A DNA stretch of 64,000 nt from Lama glama (taxonomy: Eukaryota), in contig CM052817.1 in assembly GCA_028534125.1 (NCBI GenBank), positions 29,886,001-29,950,000 on the forward strand, written 5' to 3'. A model generated the notes under the pieces. The model ran no database searches, was not told the DNA's origin, and was given only the letters and a program-made list of their open reading frames with translations. Of the stretch, positions 1-12,530 are shown in pieces. Position numbers and translations under genes: made by a program. The stretch's first letter is position 1, and the number at the start of each line of letters is the position of its first letter.

Positions 1-370
1 GACTTGGGGAGTATTATGCTAACTGACATAGTCAGAGATAAACAAATACTGCATGTTATTATCCCTTACATGTAGAATCTAAAAAACCAAACAAACAAAC
101 AACAAAATAGAAACAGATACTGAAAACAAACTAGTGGTTACCAGAGGAAAAAGAGGTGAAAGGGTAGGTAAAAATAAGTGAAGGGGATTAACAGGTACAA
201 ACTACCAGTTACAAAACAAGGAAGTCACAATGATGTAAGGTAACCCAGGGAATATAATCAATAATACTATAATAATTTTGTATGGTGCATAATATAAAAA
301 AATAGTGAATCACTATGTTGTACACCTGAACTAATATAATATTGTATGTCAACTGTACTGCAGTAAAAAG
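1..370 (+). mobile_element. L1 LINE 3' end fragment (L1MA-like/laurasiatherian 3'UTR), cut by window start
   Basis: Typical L1 3'UTR text: 'gtattatgctaactgacatagtcagagataaacaaatactgcatg...tagtggttaccagagg...tgaatcactatgttgtacacctgaactaatataatattgtatgtcaactgtac' followed by a short A tract. Confidence 0.9.
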
Positions 371-639
371 GCCCACATTTGTACTTTGGCTCTTGTGTAG
401 GTATAGCCATATACATCAGAAGAACAGACTACAGAGTCCAAGATCAAATGCAATTTACAATTAATGTATAGAAAGTTCCTGTCAAATCAGTGAGGACATT
501 ATGCTTTATATGATTAATTTTGTTAGATAAACGAAGTAGCTATTTTAGGGGGAAAAATTATGATTATACCATCAATAAAGAAATAACATCTTTAATATAT
601 AAAATTCTACAAATTTTTAGTACAAATACTCGAGAGAAT

Positions 640-1500
640 TAGCAAACAATAGTTCAGATGAAAGAAAATATAAATGGATCATAAACATGTAAAAAGAAGC
701 TCAACATCATTTCTGATTAAAAATGCAAATTAAACTATATTAAGATAATAATTATTCTGTTGGATTGCCAAAAATTTGAGATAATACTTTTTTTCAAGAG
801 TGTGGAAAAACAGATATAGCTATTATAATTAAGAGAATAAACTTGTATACTCTTCCAATTAAAAAAAAAAATCTGGTAGGATCAATTAAACTTGCAAATG
901 AAAATTTATTTTACTTGGCAATTTCATTTCTAGAAAATTATCCTGAAAATATATTTACTCTTATGTGGAATTATATATTAATAAATATGTTTTTAGTCAC
1001 CACAAAGTTTAGAAATATGTTAAATAATAATCCTTGGGACTAGTTAAATAAATCATATAAACCATACTGTGTGCTATTTAATAAATTAGAAAATTCTTCA
1101 TGAATTACTAAAGAACCAATTTAGGTATGTGTATTTAAGTGAAAAAAAAAGGAAAAAAAAGAAAGAAAGAAAAAAAAGTAAGAAAAAAAAAACCCAAACC
1201 AAACATAGCACAGTGCAGAACAATGTCACAGTAGGCCATGTTTTTTAGAAACAAAGATGGAAAAATTATACATACCCATGTGTGTGTGTATTCGCTTGAA
1301 TTTGCATTAAAAAATCTCTGATAGTGTAAAAAAACACTAATGGCATAATGGCATAATGGCATAGTTTGTTTCCATGAGCGAGAACCAAACAATGGGAGAG
1401 TGAAAGTGAGCGGCTAGTATTTTAGTGCCAATACGTCTGTACCTTTTGAATTGAGAACCAAATCAATCTTATCATCTCCTCAAAATAAAATATTATTTCA
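640..1500 (+). mobile_element. Old L1 (L1ME-like) ORF2 3' end/3'UTR relic
   Basis: 'aaacatgtaaaaagaagctcaacatcatttctgattaaaaatgcaaattaaa' and 'gcaatttcatttctagaaaattatcctgaaaa' resemble ORF2 C-terminal DNA; heavily diverged. Confidence 0.75.
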
Positions 1501-2749
1501 AAAAATTTTTGAAATGTTTAGGATAGACAACAAGAAGCCATCTGAGCTGTTTAATATAGACTAGCTATGTGTTGGCCTGCGCTGCCCAGTCTGTTTAATT
1601 GGACAGAAGATAGCATGGAAGAGGCCTCTAAGTTCCTGCCCCTGTACATGATTAAACCAAGGTGAAGGATGGTGGCAGTGGTTGTGAGGACCTTAGTCCT
1701 TTCAGTCTTAGATGAGTGTCATTTGAAGTTTCAGGCACTAAAAAGAGCCAGCTTATTCAAAAGGGCTGAATTCTCATTCAGTATCTATATAGAAGAGCAC
1801 TAGAAGTTGAGATTTTTATGAGCCCTGAATTTTAATACACATTAACTCAACTGACAAGCAGAGACAGATGAATGTCGTGTTCTGACAACGAAGATTCACA
1901 ATTTTCAGAGGGCTGGAGAAGTAAAATGGTAGAGAGGGTTAGAGGGGAAAGTGTACCTTCAATATTCATTACTATAGGGAGGGAGGACAAGAAATTCTCT
2001 TTCCCTGTAAACCAAATCTTAAACCTAGTATAAAGACAATAAGAGATATGTTCCTTATCTCCCTCCCTTCCCCAATAATATTTAGTTTTACTAAGGAGAT
2101 GATTGAGAAACGTCAGAATACTTCTTTTTTTTTTTTTGGTAGCTAATGTAGTTTTCTGCCTAGGTAATTGTATTTCTTTTTTATTCTTAAAATTCAAATG
2201 CTATGCTAGAAAATTTCGGAGAGTCAATCTTGGCTGTAATCTTGGAGATAGAATGGGTTCTTCTAGCTTCAAACTTATGTCTTTAATCAGTCCTGAAAAG
2301 TGTCATTCTATCATACTTCTGGTTTGTCTCTGTGGGACTCCTCAGGCAAACCATATTATCAACATGCTGGAATTCTGTTCTCTGTTTTCCTCCAAACCTT
2401 CACTGTTTTCTGCCTCTTGGCCATTTCCCCCCTTTCTGGGGTCGTCTTTGAACATTCCTTCATGTATGATATTTCTTATATCTCTAACTCCCTCTGCTGC
2501 AGTGTTAATCTGTGAATAATAGTCTTAAACTGACTTAGCTATTTCCATGTAGAGGAGAGATAGTCGTGCTGCACCATGGCTGACTGCCATCTCCCTGTTC
2601 ATATACGTATTATAGGCTAAAGGCAGAGATGCCAGAGAATTCTGGTACGTGGGTGTTCATTATGTGATGGGTCTGCTTGGCACAGGTAAGGGAGGCACTC
2701 GAGGCTGGAGAGTTGAGGTCAAGATTTGGACCTCAGCTCCAGTATTAAT

Positions 2750-2825
2750 TTCGTCTTCCTAGCATTTAGCACAGTGCCCAGTATGAGATGTATTTTTTTA
2801 GTGAATTATTTAATGCATGAATGTT
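2750..2825 (+). mobile_element. L2 3' terminal fragment
   Basis: 'cctagcatttagcacagtgcccagtat...gaattatttaatgcatgaatg' resembles the L2 3' end. Confidence 0.55.
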
Positions 2826-3021
2826 TCTTCTTCCAAAAATGAAGACAGTAAATGTAGATGATCCTGATAATATTTTCAGCTTTGGGGATAATGCTTTTTC
2901 CAAAAACTATTTATTTCTGTTATGCAAACATTATTACATTCATGTAATGATATTAAAGATTATTACATTGAAGATACTGTGTGATCATACTCAGTTTTGC
3001 TCAAATTCTGTCCATTTAGAA

Positions 3022-3255
3022 AGGCAGTGTCCTGTGGATAGTAGAATAAGGCTTTGGAATTAGATAGATCTTGGTTAAAAACCCACCTTTACTATTGACC
3101 AACTGTATAACCAGCCCGAGTCTCAATTTCCTCATTGTAAATGACCTAATTAAGATCCACTCCAAGAAGTTATTGTGAAAATTAAATGAGATGATGCATA
3201 TAAAGCACTCAGTCCAAAGTTTAGTGCACAGTAAGTGCTACATACATGTTGTGTA
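3022..3255 (+). mobile_element. MIR SINE
   Basis: MIR core 'tctcaatttcctcattgtaaatg...ttattgtgaaaattaaatgagatgatgcatataaagcactcag...cacagtaagtgcta'. Confidence 0.9.
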
Positions 3256-3307
3256 TGTATATCACGTGAAGGAAGACTATCACTTCCTTTTTCCATACCT
3301 CTAATCC

Positions 3308-3620
3308 TTTTTTTTTAAGTTTTATTGAAATACCATTGACATACAGCACTGTGTTAGATTATGGTGTATAGCCTAATGGCTTGACTTACATATATTGTGA
3401 AATGATTACTACAATAAGTTTAGTGAATTATGTTATCTCATATAGATAGAAAAAATGCAAAACAGTGTTTTTCCCTGTGCTGAGAACTTACAGAATCTAT
3501 TCTTTTAGCAACTTTCAAATATACCATACAGCAGAGTTGACTATAGTCATTATGTTGTATGTTACATCTCTAGTACATAATTATCTTATGTTTGTGCTTT
3601 TTGACTACCTTCATCCAATT
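3308..3620 (-). mobile_element. L1MA9/10-like 3'UTR fragment
   Basis: T tract followed by 'tttattgaaataccattgacatacagcactgtg...tgtgaaatgattactacaataagtttagtgaa...tcttttagcaactttcaaatataccataca', the antisense L1 3'UTR. Confidence 0.9.
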
Positions 3621-4369
3621 CATTCTAGTTCATTTTTGTAAAATTCTTTATATATTTGAATGGTTGATGTTTAATGATTCTCACTGAAAATGAGCTATCT
3701 CTGTTAAAAACTTGAAACATATCTCCAAATTACCAGAAGCATAGTCATGATAATTAATTGTAATAAAGCAAGACTTAATCAGTTCTAATAATTGTATCCT
3801 GTGCTATTTGAAACACAGAATCATTGTATTCTCTTGGATGCCTTTTTACATAATTGTCCTATTTGTTCCAACTAACACATGCAGACAAAATGATGTGTCA
3901 GCTTATGTATTAATTCAACCTAATTTATTTCTGATGTACAACAAATTGAAAGTAACGATAGCCATTTTTCTTAAGTGTTAACAATATAGTGCCTAATGCA
4001 GGGACATCACTTGGAGATTTTTGCCATTATATTTAAACTGAAGAAACTAACTGCCAGTAATATTTTATATACTTGGGAAGCTACTGGGGTGTTCATTGAC
4101 AGCTTTCTGAATTCCAGTATAATTCTATTTGTCTTTTGTGTCAGGGGCCTCTTATGCTGAGTGGTTATTCATTTTTGTACCTATTGCCCCAAATTTGGCA
4201 ATCAGTATGCCTTCAGCATTCTGAGATTTTGACATCACCTGTCTAGTGCTCACCATCCCAGTACAACAGCTTACCTTAACTCACTTCAAAATGCTAATCC
4301 TTAGGAATATATTGTCTGCTCTATACCTTGATAAAAATGAAATATAGGGTGGGGTTGAGTTTGAGTTCT

Positions 4370-5060
4370 ACAGGTAGATGTGCTTGTGGTCCTGGCTCGA
4401 GTACTTACTAGCGAAATGATCTTAGGCAATTTACTCAAGCTCTCTAAGCCTCACTTTCATCTATAAAAAAGCAATGGTAAGTGTATCTTAAAGGTTTCTG
4501 TTAAAAACAAAAGAAAACCTCTAGCTAGTTTAGGCAGACAGGTTTTAAGTATTTACAAAATATACTGGAAGAACAAAGGAACTAGTTAATTCCTTTGAAC
4601 AAGTTGAAGTTCAGAAAGAAATCAGCCCTAGAATCTCACTGCCTCTCCCACTGTGTGGAAAACTGAAATAGAGCTAAAGAAAGTCAGGAAATAATGGAGT
4701 TTTTGACCGCAGAACCATGTGGTAATGTACTCCATCAAAATACATGCTTGTAGCTTGCTCTTTCCCCCGCTTAATATAGTTAATGTTCTAGTCATGTGCA
4801 AGTGCATCATATTGGCAAACTCAACAAAATCCAGAAAGCTGCTATCAAGGGAGCATCAAAAAGGTAAGATTATTAGATTTCCAAAGAAAGCACATAGAAG
4901 GAACTCACAACAGATGCTGAGCCAGCCAATCTATTGTGTCTACCAAAATAATAATACATACTTTGGAGTCCTGTTTGACTGATTACATCAGATAGCATGT
5001 ATGATTTTCTTGGATCATTGTTTATATACAGTAAAGTCACAACAATTGCTAGCTAGTATG
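4370..5060. mobile_element. MIR (+) split by an old MaLR (MLT1-type) LTR (~4490-4945, -)
   Basis: MIR 5' half 'cttaggcaatttactcaagctctctaagcctcactttcatctataaaa' and 3' half near 4960-5060. The intervening sequence has MLT1-like ends ('aacaaaagaaaacctctagctagtttaggcaga' ... 'gatgctgagccagccaatctattgtgtctacca'). Confidence 0.55.
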
Positions 5061-5274
5061 ATTATTATAATAATATTATTGTTATATAATATAATAATAC
5101 AGTTATTCTTGACCAACTATCTATATATGTCCTCTCCTGGGTTTTTCTATGTAAAGCTGGAAGAAAGTGCACTTCTTCAAAAAACTCTATAGTCAGTGAT
5201 AAGGGAATAAGAAAGAAGCAATGACTACAGAGACTACCAGAAACACAAACCAAAAACAGATTTTTTTTTTAATA

Positions 5275-6340
5275 TAAGCATGTTTTCCAAATCTATAAGG
5301 GACTCCTGAAACTCATTAGCAAAAAATCAAACTTAAAAGTGGGCAAAGGACTTGAATATACAATTATCCTAAAAAGACATAAAAATGGCCAACAATTATG
5401 TGGAAAGGTGCTCAACATCACTAATCATCAGGAAAATGCAAATCAAAACCACAATGAGATATTACCCTACAGCTGTCAGGATAACTATTAACAAAAACAC
5501 TACCCCCCTCCCGCAAAATAACAATTGTTTGTTGAAGATGTAAAGAAATTAGAATACTTGTACACTCTTGGTAGGAATGTAAAATGGTACAGCCAATATA
5601 GAGAACAGTATGAAGTTTCCTCAATATTAAAACAAGAACTACCATATGATACAGCAATACCGCTCCTGGGTATATTTCAGATGAAATGGAAATCAGGAGC
5701 TTGAAGAGATATCTGTAACCTCATGTTCATTGCAGTATCATTCATAATAGCCAAGATACGGAAACAACCCAAAGGTCCACTGACAGATAAATGAATAAAG
5801 AAATTGCGGTATATACAGAATAGAATATTACTCAGTCTTTAAAAAAAAAAGGGAAGGAAATAACTCCCATTTGCAACAACATGGATGTACCTGGAAGACA
5901 TTATGCTAAGTGAAGTAAGTCAGTCACAGAATGATACATACTGCGTGGTTCCACTTATATGATGTATCTAAAATAGTAAAACTTATAGAAGCAGCAGACA
6001 GATCGGTTGCTGCCAGGAGATGTGGGAGGAGAACATAGGGAGTTGTTGTTCAATTGGTATAAAGTTATGTTTGCGCAAGAGTCGGTGCCTGTAGGTAACA
6101 ATATAGTGTTGTACCCTTAAAAATTTGTTAACAAGGTAGATCTCACATTAAGTATTCTTACTGTTAAACACACACACATAAATGGACACCCAGGAAACTT
6201 TGGAGATGCATATGTTTCTTGATTGTGGTGATGGTATTGTAAATATATGCTTATGTCTAAACCCATCAAATTGTGTACATTAAATACATGAAGTTTTAGG
6301 GTATAAATTATACTTCAACAAAGCTGTAAAAAACTTAAAA
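5275..6340 (+). mobile_element. L1 (L1MA10/L1MB-like) ORF2 C-terminus plus complete 3'UTR
   Basis: Degenerate translation [41 protein letters not shown] matches the L1 ORF2p C-terminal motif. The 3'UTR has 'atggatgtacctggaagacattatgctaagtgaagtaagtcagtcacaga' and an A-rich tail. Confidence 0.95.
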
Positions 6341-6959
6341 GATTAAAAGTAAACAAAACTCATCACATCTGCCCTTTGATTCCATAGGCTTCATAACACC
6401 ATGACTGATTGCGATTTTTGTCCTAACACCGGTTTTCCTCTGCTATGGAGAAGTCGGAGTAATTGTAGCTCAGATAGTTTATCTGGCAAACTCAGAGTAA
6501 GTGAATTCAGACAAGTTGTCAACTTATTTGAGCCGTTCTTCCTTCAGTTTTAAAGAGATACCAACACCTATCCCAATTGTTATCAAAATCAATGAAAGTA
6601 ACATATATTGAATATCAGTTTGCTTTGTCAATAATACTGGTTTTGTTTTTCCCCTCTTCATTCTCTTATGCCACAATAATCAAGACTCCTCACCAAACAT
6701 GTTGCATTATATTTACTAAAGACAAGAGACCCTTATTTCAACTCTGAAGCTTACCTAGAGTTTTTCCTTTTTATTCTATCAACCCTGTGAAAGACAGGAG
6801 TTTTTCAAGGTTGCCTGGGCAGCACGAAAGTCTCTCTTCAGACCTAGACCCTTGAACACAGAGTTATGGCTTTACTGCTATATGTCTAATAGGATAGCTG
6901 TAATAGCCATGAACTACACTTAGCATTCACATAATGGTGATAATGGCAGTAATAACAGG

Positions 6960-7170
6960 AATATTAATAGCTATCATCTGAGCACAACTTGGCACAGTTA
7001 GTAGCACTTTTCATGGATTAACTAATTCAATCCATACAGAAGTCCTGAGGTTGCCCTATTTTTACCCAATGAAGAAATTTACCAAAGTCATACATTGAGT
7101 AAGTGGTAGTGCTGTTGTTTGAAACTGGTTTTGGAGACCATGTTCTTAACCAGTGAGCTACATGATATTC
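6960..7170 (-). mobile_element. MIR SINE
   Basis: 'tcatggattaactaattcaatccatacagaagtcctgagg...ccaaagtcatacattgagtaagtggtagtgct', antisense MIR. Confidence 0.75.
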
Positions 7171-7257
7171 TGTATAAAAAGAATTACAAAAATAGAATAA
7201 AAATGCCTCATTATTTCACACTTCGCTGTGATAAACTCTATTCTGATATACTCCAGA

Positions 7258-7422
7258 GGCCAATGTCTTCTAACTTATCACCTGGATCTTTGGTTAATAG
7301 TCACTGACTAGACTCCTAGACATCATATCTGACCTACCGAATCAGAATCTCTAGATGTAGAACCTGGAAATCTGTGTCCTAGGAGTTCTTATCATCAGAG
7401 AAGTTAGTGAAACACTTCTGTA
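7258..7422. mobile_element. MER5A-type hAT-Charlie MITE
   Basis: 'gacctaccgaatcagaatctctagatgtagaacctggaaatctgtgt...ttcttatcatcagagaagttagtgaaacact' resembles MER5A/MER5A1. Confidence 0.75.
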
Positions 7423-8844
7423 AGTTTTAAAGTCTAGCAGAGTATTATGTTTTTCATTGGCTGAAAAGCCTCAGCTCCCTACTTTGAAGCAATGCTACTC
7501 CTGCAAGAAGAGAAACAGCATGAAAATTGTATGCTTTTGGCAAAAATAGTTTCACTGTGAACCTTGAAACATGAGCAGCAAGAGAATTTTGATGAGGCAC
7601 CTTAAAATGGCAAGCTGGAGAGAGCAGCCACATCTTCCCTGTGTAAATGTTTCCTAAGCCTAGAGCCTGAAGGCAGATGTAGGCAGCTTGTGCACTGCTG
7701 GGGCCTGTGCTTCTAAAATTAATTTATGAATTAAAGTGACAGTTGATTTTAAAAACTTTGTTTCTAGGTACAGAAATAGAGAGGGTTACATGCAAAAGAA
7801 CAAAAACACTTAAGTTGAATGAACATTATCATGGGAATCAAAATCCCTGCATTTCACCTAAAAATCTTCTTTAAGAGAAAATCTTTGAGTATGGTTAGTC
7901 AATAATATGCTTATGATTTTTCTATGTTTTCTCATTTTCCTTTCAGGATCTTCCTTGAAAACAGAATATGATTGCTGTGCCCTGCCAAAGGGTACCTCAG
8001 AGCATGCTGGAAGAGAATAAGGCCTGGACTTTAAAAAAGGTTAGATTTTTAGCAGTTTTGAAGTTTTTGTTTGTTGTGACATCATTATTGTTGGAAATTC
8101 TCAAGGCATGGTGACAATTAAGTCAAGTCTTATCTATAATGTTATAAATTAATACCAAATTCAAGTTTATCATTGGTGGGAGGGAAGTTTAAGGCCCAGG
8201 AACTCTCACAGTGGGAAATGGGCTGCTTATAGTTTTGGAGTTATAGAGTGGAAAGGGTGATACCATCTAGCAGATCTGAGATCATTTCAGAAGTTCTGTT
8301 TCCATCAAAGGGAAGATAGAAATGCCTAGCATATCTTCCAAGACACAGACTAGACAAAGTAAAGACATAAATGGACTTTCAGCTTTAATAGAACACAGGG
8401 CAGTGCTCTGCCCCCTTCTCTCTGTTGTAAAATTTGTATTATTTCCAGGCTGCAAAGTTCAGTAAAGAGATGGATTTTCCTTTACTGAGCTGTGCTCTGT
8501 CATGGTAAATGGGTGAGTGAAGAATCCTGTAGAGTACTCAGTCTGCATCACAAAGAGCCACAGTGATACAAGAAATAACAAACTTTATTCTTAACACTTC
8601 TCTTGAAGGTAATGCAGGTACTTACTACTTCTTCTCTGAGAGTTATTCTCTCACAATTATGTCATAGTTTACGATGACCCCTCCACATGTACTACAATGT
8701 ACATGTCCTAGTTGGTAAACAAGGAATACCTCTGAGGGACTGGCTCCTTTGAATGGTACCATTCTGTCTAATGTATCCACTGGAGCTGCATGCCTATCAT
8801 TCCAAGCCCTACCCATCCTTCCTCTGGCCCTTTTTGCTTTCCTG

Positions 8845-9410
8845 ACTCACTCATTCATTCATTCATTCATTCAATGCATTTTTAGAGTGCCTCTAAACTA
8901 GAAACATAAGTTAGAGTTTTGGAATACAAAAGTAAACAAAATGTACAAAAATCCCTCATGGACCTCTCATTCTAGAAGTGAAGACTGGCTATAAACAATG
9001 TAAATAGGCAAAATATATATATATATATTTTAGTGGTAAGCAGTAAGTAGGGAAAAATGAGTCAATGAAAGAAGATACAAAGTATGGGGGAGGGGAGACG
9101 GTGAAAATTTTGAGAGAATGTCCAGGGATAAGCCTCTCTGATAAACTGATTTTTGACTGAAGACTTAAAGAATATCAAGGATTAAGATTATAGCATTATA
9201 TGGACAGGAAAAACAGTGAATGCAAAGTGATTGAGGTGGGATCAGGCCTGGAATATCCAAAGAGCAACAAGGAAGTCAGTGGTTGGAGTGGAGGGTGAAC
9301 GGTAGAGTAGGAACAGATGGACTGGTGACAAGTGGCAGTGGGGGGCTCGGTAGACCACGGAAGGGCTCTGTTTTTACTGTGGATGAGATGGAAACCATCC
9401 ACTGCTCAGT
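8845..9410 (-). mobile_element. L2 LINE 3' fragment
   Basis: (ATTC)n L2 tail, then 'ctcatggacctctcattctag', 'agcctctctgataaactgatttttgactgaagactt' and 'aagagcaacaaggaagtcagtggttggagtggag'. Confidence 0.9.
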
Positions 9411-10075
9411 GAGGATGAGCCGCAGTCTGGGCATCACTGAGGAAAATTTTGACATGTCCCTTCTGATCTTTTATGTAGAAGTGTTACTTCCCACTTCTAC
9501 AGTTACAACTAAGTGTACCTTCTAGTCTGATTCTGTTTTTTGGGTTTTTTGTTTGTTTGTTTTGGTTTTTTGGGGGTGGGTGTTTCTTCCAGTGTTTGGA
9601 TTTTCCCTTAAAATCTCTAGTTTGGTTTTTCTCTCTGGCTTGCTGTAATCCTCTTTGCTTTGTGTAAGTATTCCTTGCCTTAACTTGGCCCCTTAGTAAA
9701 GAAATGTGACAAATGGCTACACAGAAACTTTTGGGCCAGGCTTCTCTGCCCTCTTTTCAGGTAGGCAGTTGGGCTGATATACAGAAAGACAATTACTGCA
9801 TTTCCTGCCTAGACATTAATACCATGTGTGTGTAGCTGGATGCACATCATATATGATGGTTTGTGTAGTCCTTATTTGGAAAGAAAGTAGAGGATTTTTT
9901 AAATGTTTATATGATAATAAAGGTGCTTATAGATGCTGGTTAGTCACAGAGGTGGTCTGTGGTGGAAATTTGATGATACATCCAGAATTCATGTTCACCT
10001 TCCTGTATCTAAGCATATCCAGATATTTGTAATTATCCACCAGTATACTCAAGTAATAGGGATTAAAATCTGATT

Positions 10076-10781
10076 AAGCATAATATCTATGAAGTTCATC
10101 TATGCTGTCTCAAATGCAAAGATCTTTTTTCTTTTTTTTAAGGTTAATAATATTCTATTGTGTGTATATACATTTTCTTTATCCATCATCCACCAACTGA
10201 GTTTGTTTCCCTATCTTTACTATTGTGAATATGTGAAATAAGCCAGTTAGAGAAGGACAAATACTGTGTGATTCCACTTATATGATGTGTATAAAGTAGT
10301 CAAACTCAAAGAAACACAAAGTAGAATGGCAGAGGGGGTCTTTGTAGACCGTGGAAGGCTTTGTTTTTACTGTAGGTGTTTTGTTTTACTGTGGGTGTTC
10401 TACAAACAGCCAGAGGTGGCAGGGAGGAAGGACTATGAAGTTGTTCAATGTGTATAAAGTTTTAATTATACAAGACTAATAAATTCCAGAAAACTGCTGT
10501 AAAATATACTTTCTATAGTTTACAATATTGTGTTGTGAAGTTAAAAATTTGTTCAGAGGGTTGATCTCACACAGAGCGTTCCCATCACAAAACAAACAAG
10601 CAGACAAAACCACAATGGGACATAAGGAAATTTTAGAGGTGATGGATGTATCTATTACTTTGAATTAGTGATGATTTCTTGATGTATGTGCGTGTCCAAA
10701 CTCATCAAACTCTACACATTAAATATATGTAGTTTTGTGTATATCAGTTATACCTTAGCAAGGCTGTTAAAAAAAAAAAAA
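10076..10781 (+). mobile_element. 5'-inverted (twin-primed) L1 3' end; inverted part ~10076-10232 (-), forward part 10233-10781 (+)
   Basis: The inverted piece, read in L1 sense, ends at ...ATTATGCTT and the forward piece starts at GTGAAATAAGCCAG, adjacent L1 consensus positions. Poly(A) at ~10769-10781. Degenerate TSD AAAATCTGATT (10065-10075) / AAAGTCTGGTT (10779-10789) behind a TT/AAAA site. Confidence 0.9.
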
Positions 10782-11395
10782 GTCTGGTTGATTTAAACCA
10801 TTCAGTGCGTTCCATTTATCTGGTCGTAGTAAAGAATGCCTCAGATGTGGACTGAGCTAGTTCAAACTAGACATTAGGAGTCTTCCTTGAGATGCTGAGA
10901 CACAAGTGCTCTTTCTTTTCTAGTCATGTCCTCTGTTAAGAGCCTTTATTCCAATTCTGTTTAAACAACATTTAGGATGATGGAGAAAACATTTTTTTTC
11001 AGTTCAAGCAGAATCAAAATTATTGCATTATCTCTTAACTAAGATTGCAGACTTTAATTTAAAAAAAAAAAAAGATTTCCTAGCAAAGCAGTACTTTCCT
11101 TTCGCCCGCCCCTTTCTGTGAGTATTCAGTTCACCTTTGGCCTGAACTTAATCTGTGTGTAGCAACTCACTGAAGGCCAGGACAAGGAGCCGGTATGCTC
11201 CAACCCCATGAATTTTCTTCACAATCTCTTAACAATATACCCTTTAAAAGCATAGTTTGTGTCCTAACACACAAAAGCAGCAATTACACAGACACCTAAG
11301 GAGGATCATTGACTTTTCGTCCTGGGATAAATTCAGACAGGTCTCCAGACTGCATTTTCTGTTCTATTAACCCCTCATTCTCTGATGCCAAGTTC

Positions 11396-11962
11396 TGTAT
11401 CAGTTAGGACCCTTATATTTGCATATAACATGGTCTCCTTTCAAATTGACATTAACAGTAGAAGAATTTATCAGCCTAACTGTATATAGTAACTGGAGAT
11501 CAGAATAAGGTATATTTCAGAGTTTATGGGTCCAGAAGCTCAATAGTGGTATCAAATGTCTAGTCTCTTTTTCTCTTTTTTGGCTCTGAAAACCAAAATA
11601 ACAGCTTTTACCCTAGAATGAGCTGATCTCATGTATGGGACTTTCCACTATGATTAGAGCTATATATTCCCTCCAGCAAAGGAAAAAGGGGTTTATCAAA
11701 CAATGTTTCAAGGAATTCAAACTGTGAGTACCACCGAAATCATTTTCCCACTCCTAAACCATCCTTAAACATGAGCAAGGTGATGAACTGTATTGACTGA
11801 GCTAAAATAATCAGAGTCTATAATTATACTTGAAGGTGGGGTCAGCTTCAAGAGATATACAGGCTATGTAAAAAGCAGCAGCTCAAGACAAACATTTGGA
11901 TATATTTTGGAAAGAAAAAGATGAATAGAATTTGGGTAGGTAACAGACAAATGTCCATTTAG
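11396..11962 (-). mobile_element. Old MaLR LTR (MLT1K/L/N-like)
   Basis: Starts 'tgtatcagttaggacccttatatttgcatataaca' and ends 'gaatagaatttgggtaggtaacagacaaatgtccatttaga'. Confidence 0.7.
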
Positions 11963-12264
11963 AGGAATAATTCTAATATTGCTTAGTGAGAATTAGGAAT
12001 CCACTGAAAGAGACCATGCGATGAGAAATGGAGATTATATATATACTTAAGCCAATAAATAAGAACTCAAGATTCAGAGAAGATAGACAAGATGCTAGAA
12101 AATATGGCTTCAGGGACCAGGAACTGTGTGATTCAGAACACGTACCATCAAGAAAAAATATATGCCATTGGCTACCTGGAATAATGACTGAAAGTCCACT
12201 TTTTAACAGAGACCCCAGTCCACTAGCCAGGGGATACATGCATCTGAAGACGACTTAATTTCAT

Positions 12265-12530
12265 GGGTGTAATGCATTGATTATAAGTCAAACTCAGGAG
12301 TCAGACTGGTGGGGTTCTAATTTCAGGTCATCACCTCCAAATTTTTTTGATCTTGTAAAAGTTATTTGATCTCTGAGAGCCTCACTGCCTCCAGTCATAA
12401 AATGGAGATAATTGTACTAATAATATTGCCATTTTGACTTTGTATTTATATAAGGTAAAGAATGTAAAGCACTTAGCCAGAAGTAGCCTCTTTATCACAG
12501 TGAATGCTCAATTAATGGTAGATATTAGTA
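12265..12530 (+). mobile_element. MIR SINE
   Basis: 'ggagtcagactgg...gttatttgatctctgagagcctcactgcctccagtcataaaatggagataat...tgtaaagcacttagc...aatgctcaattaatggtag'. Confidence 0.85.

Noticed and set aside
2617..2692. Possible + strand exon with CAG|GTAAGG donor (AKGRDAREFWYVGVHYVMGLLGT)
   Set aside because: Weak acceptor, unrecognised peptide and no partner exons.
5421..5657. 78-aa minus-strand ORF
   Set aside because: Antisense reading of decayed L1 ORF2 DNA.
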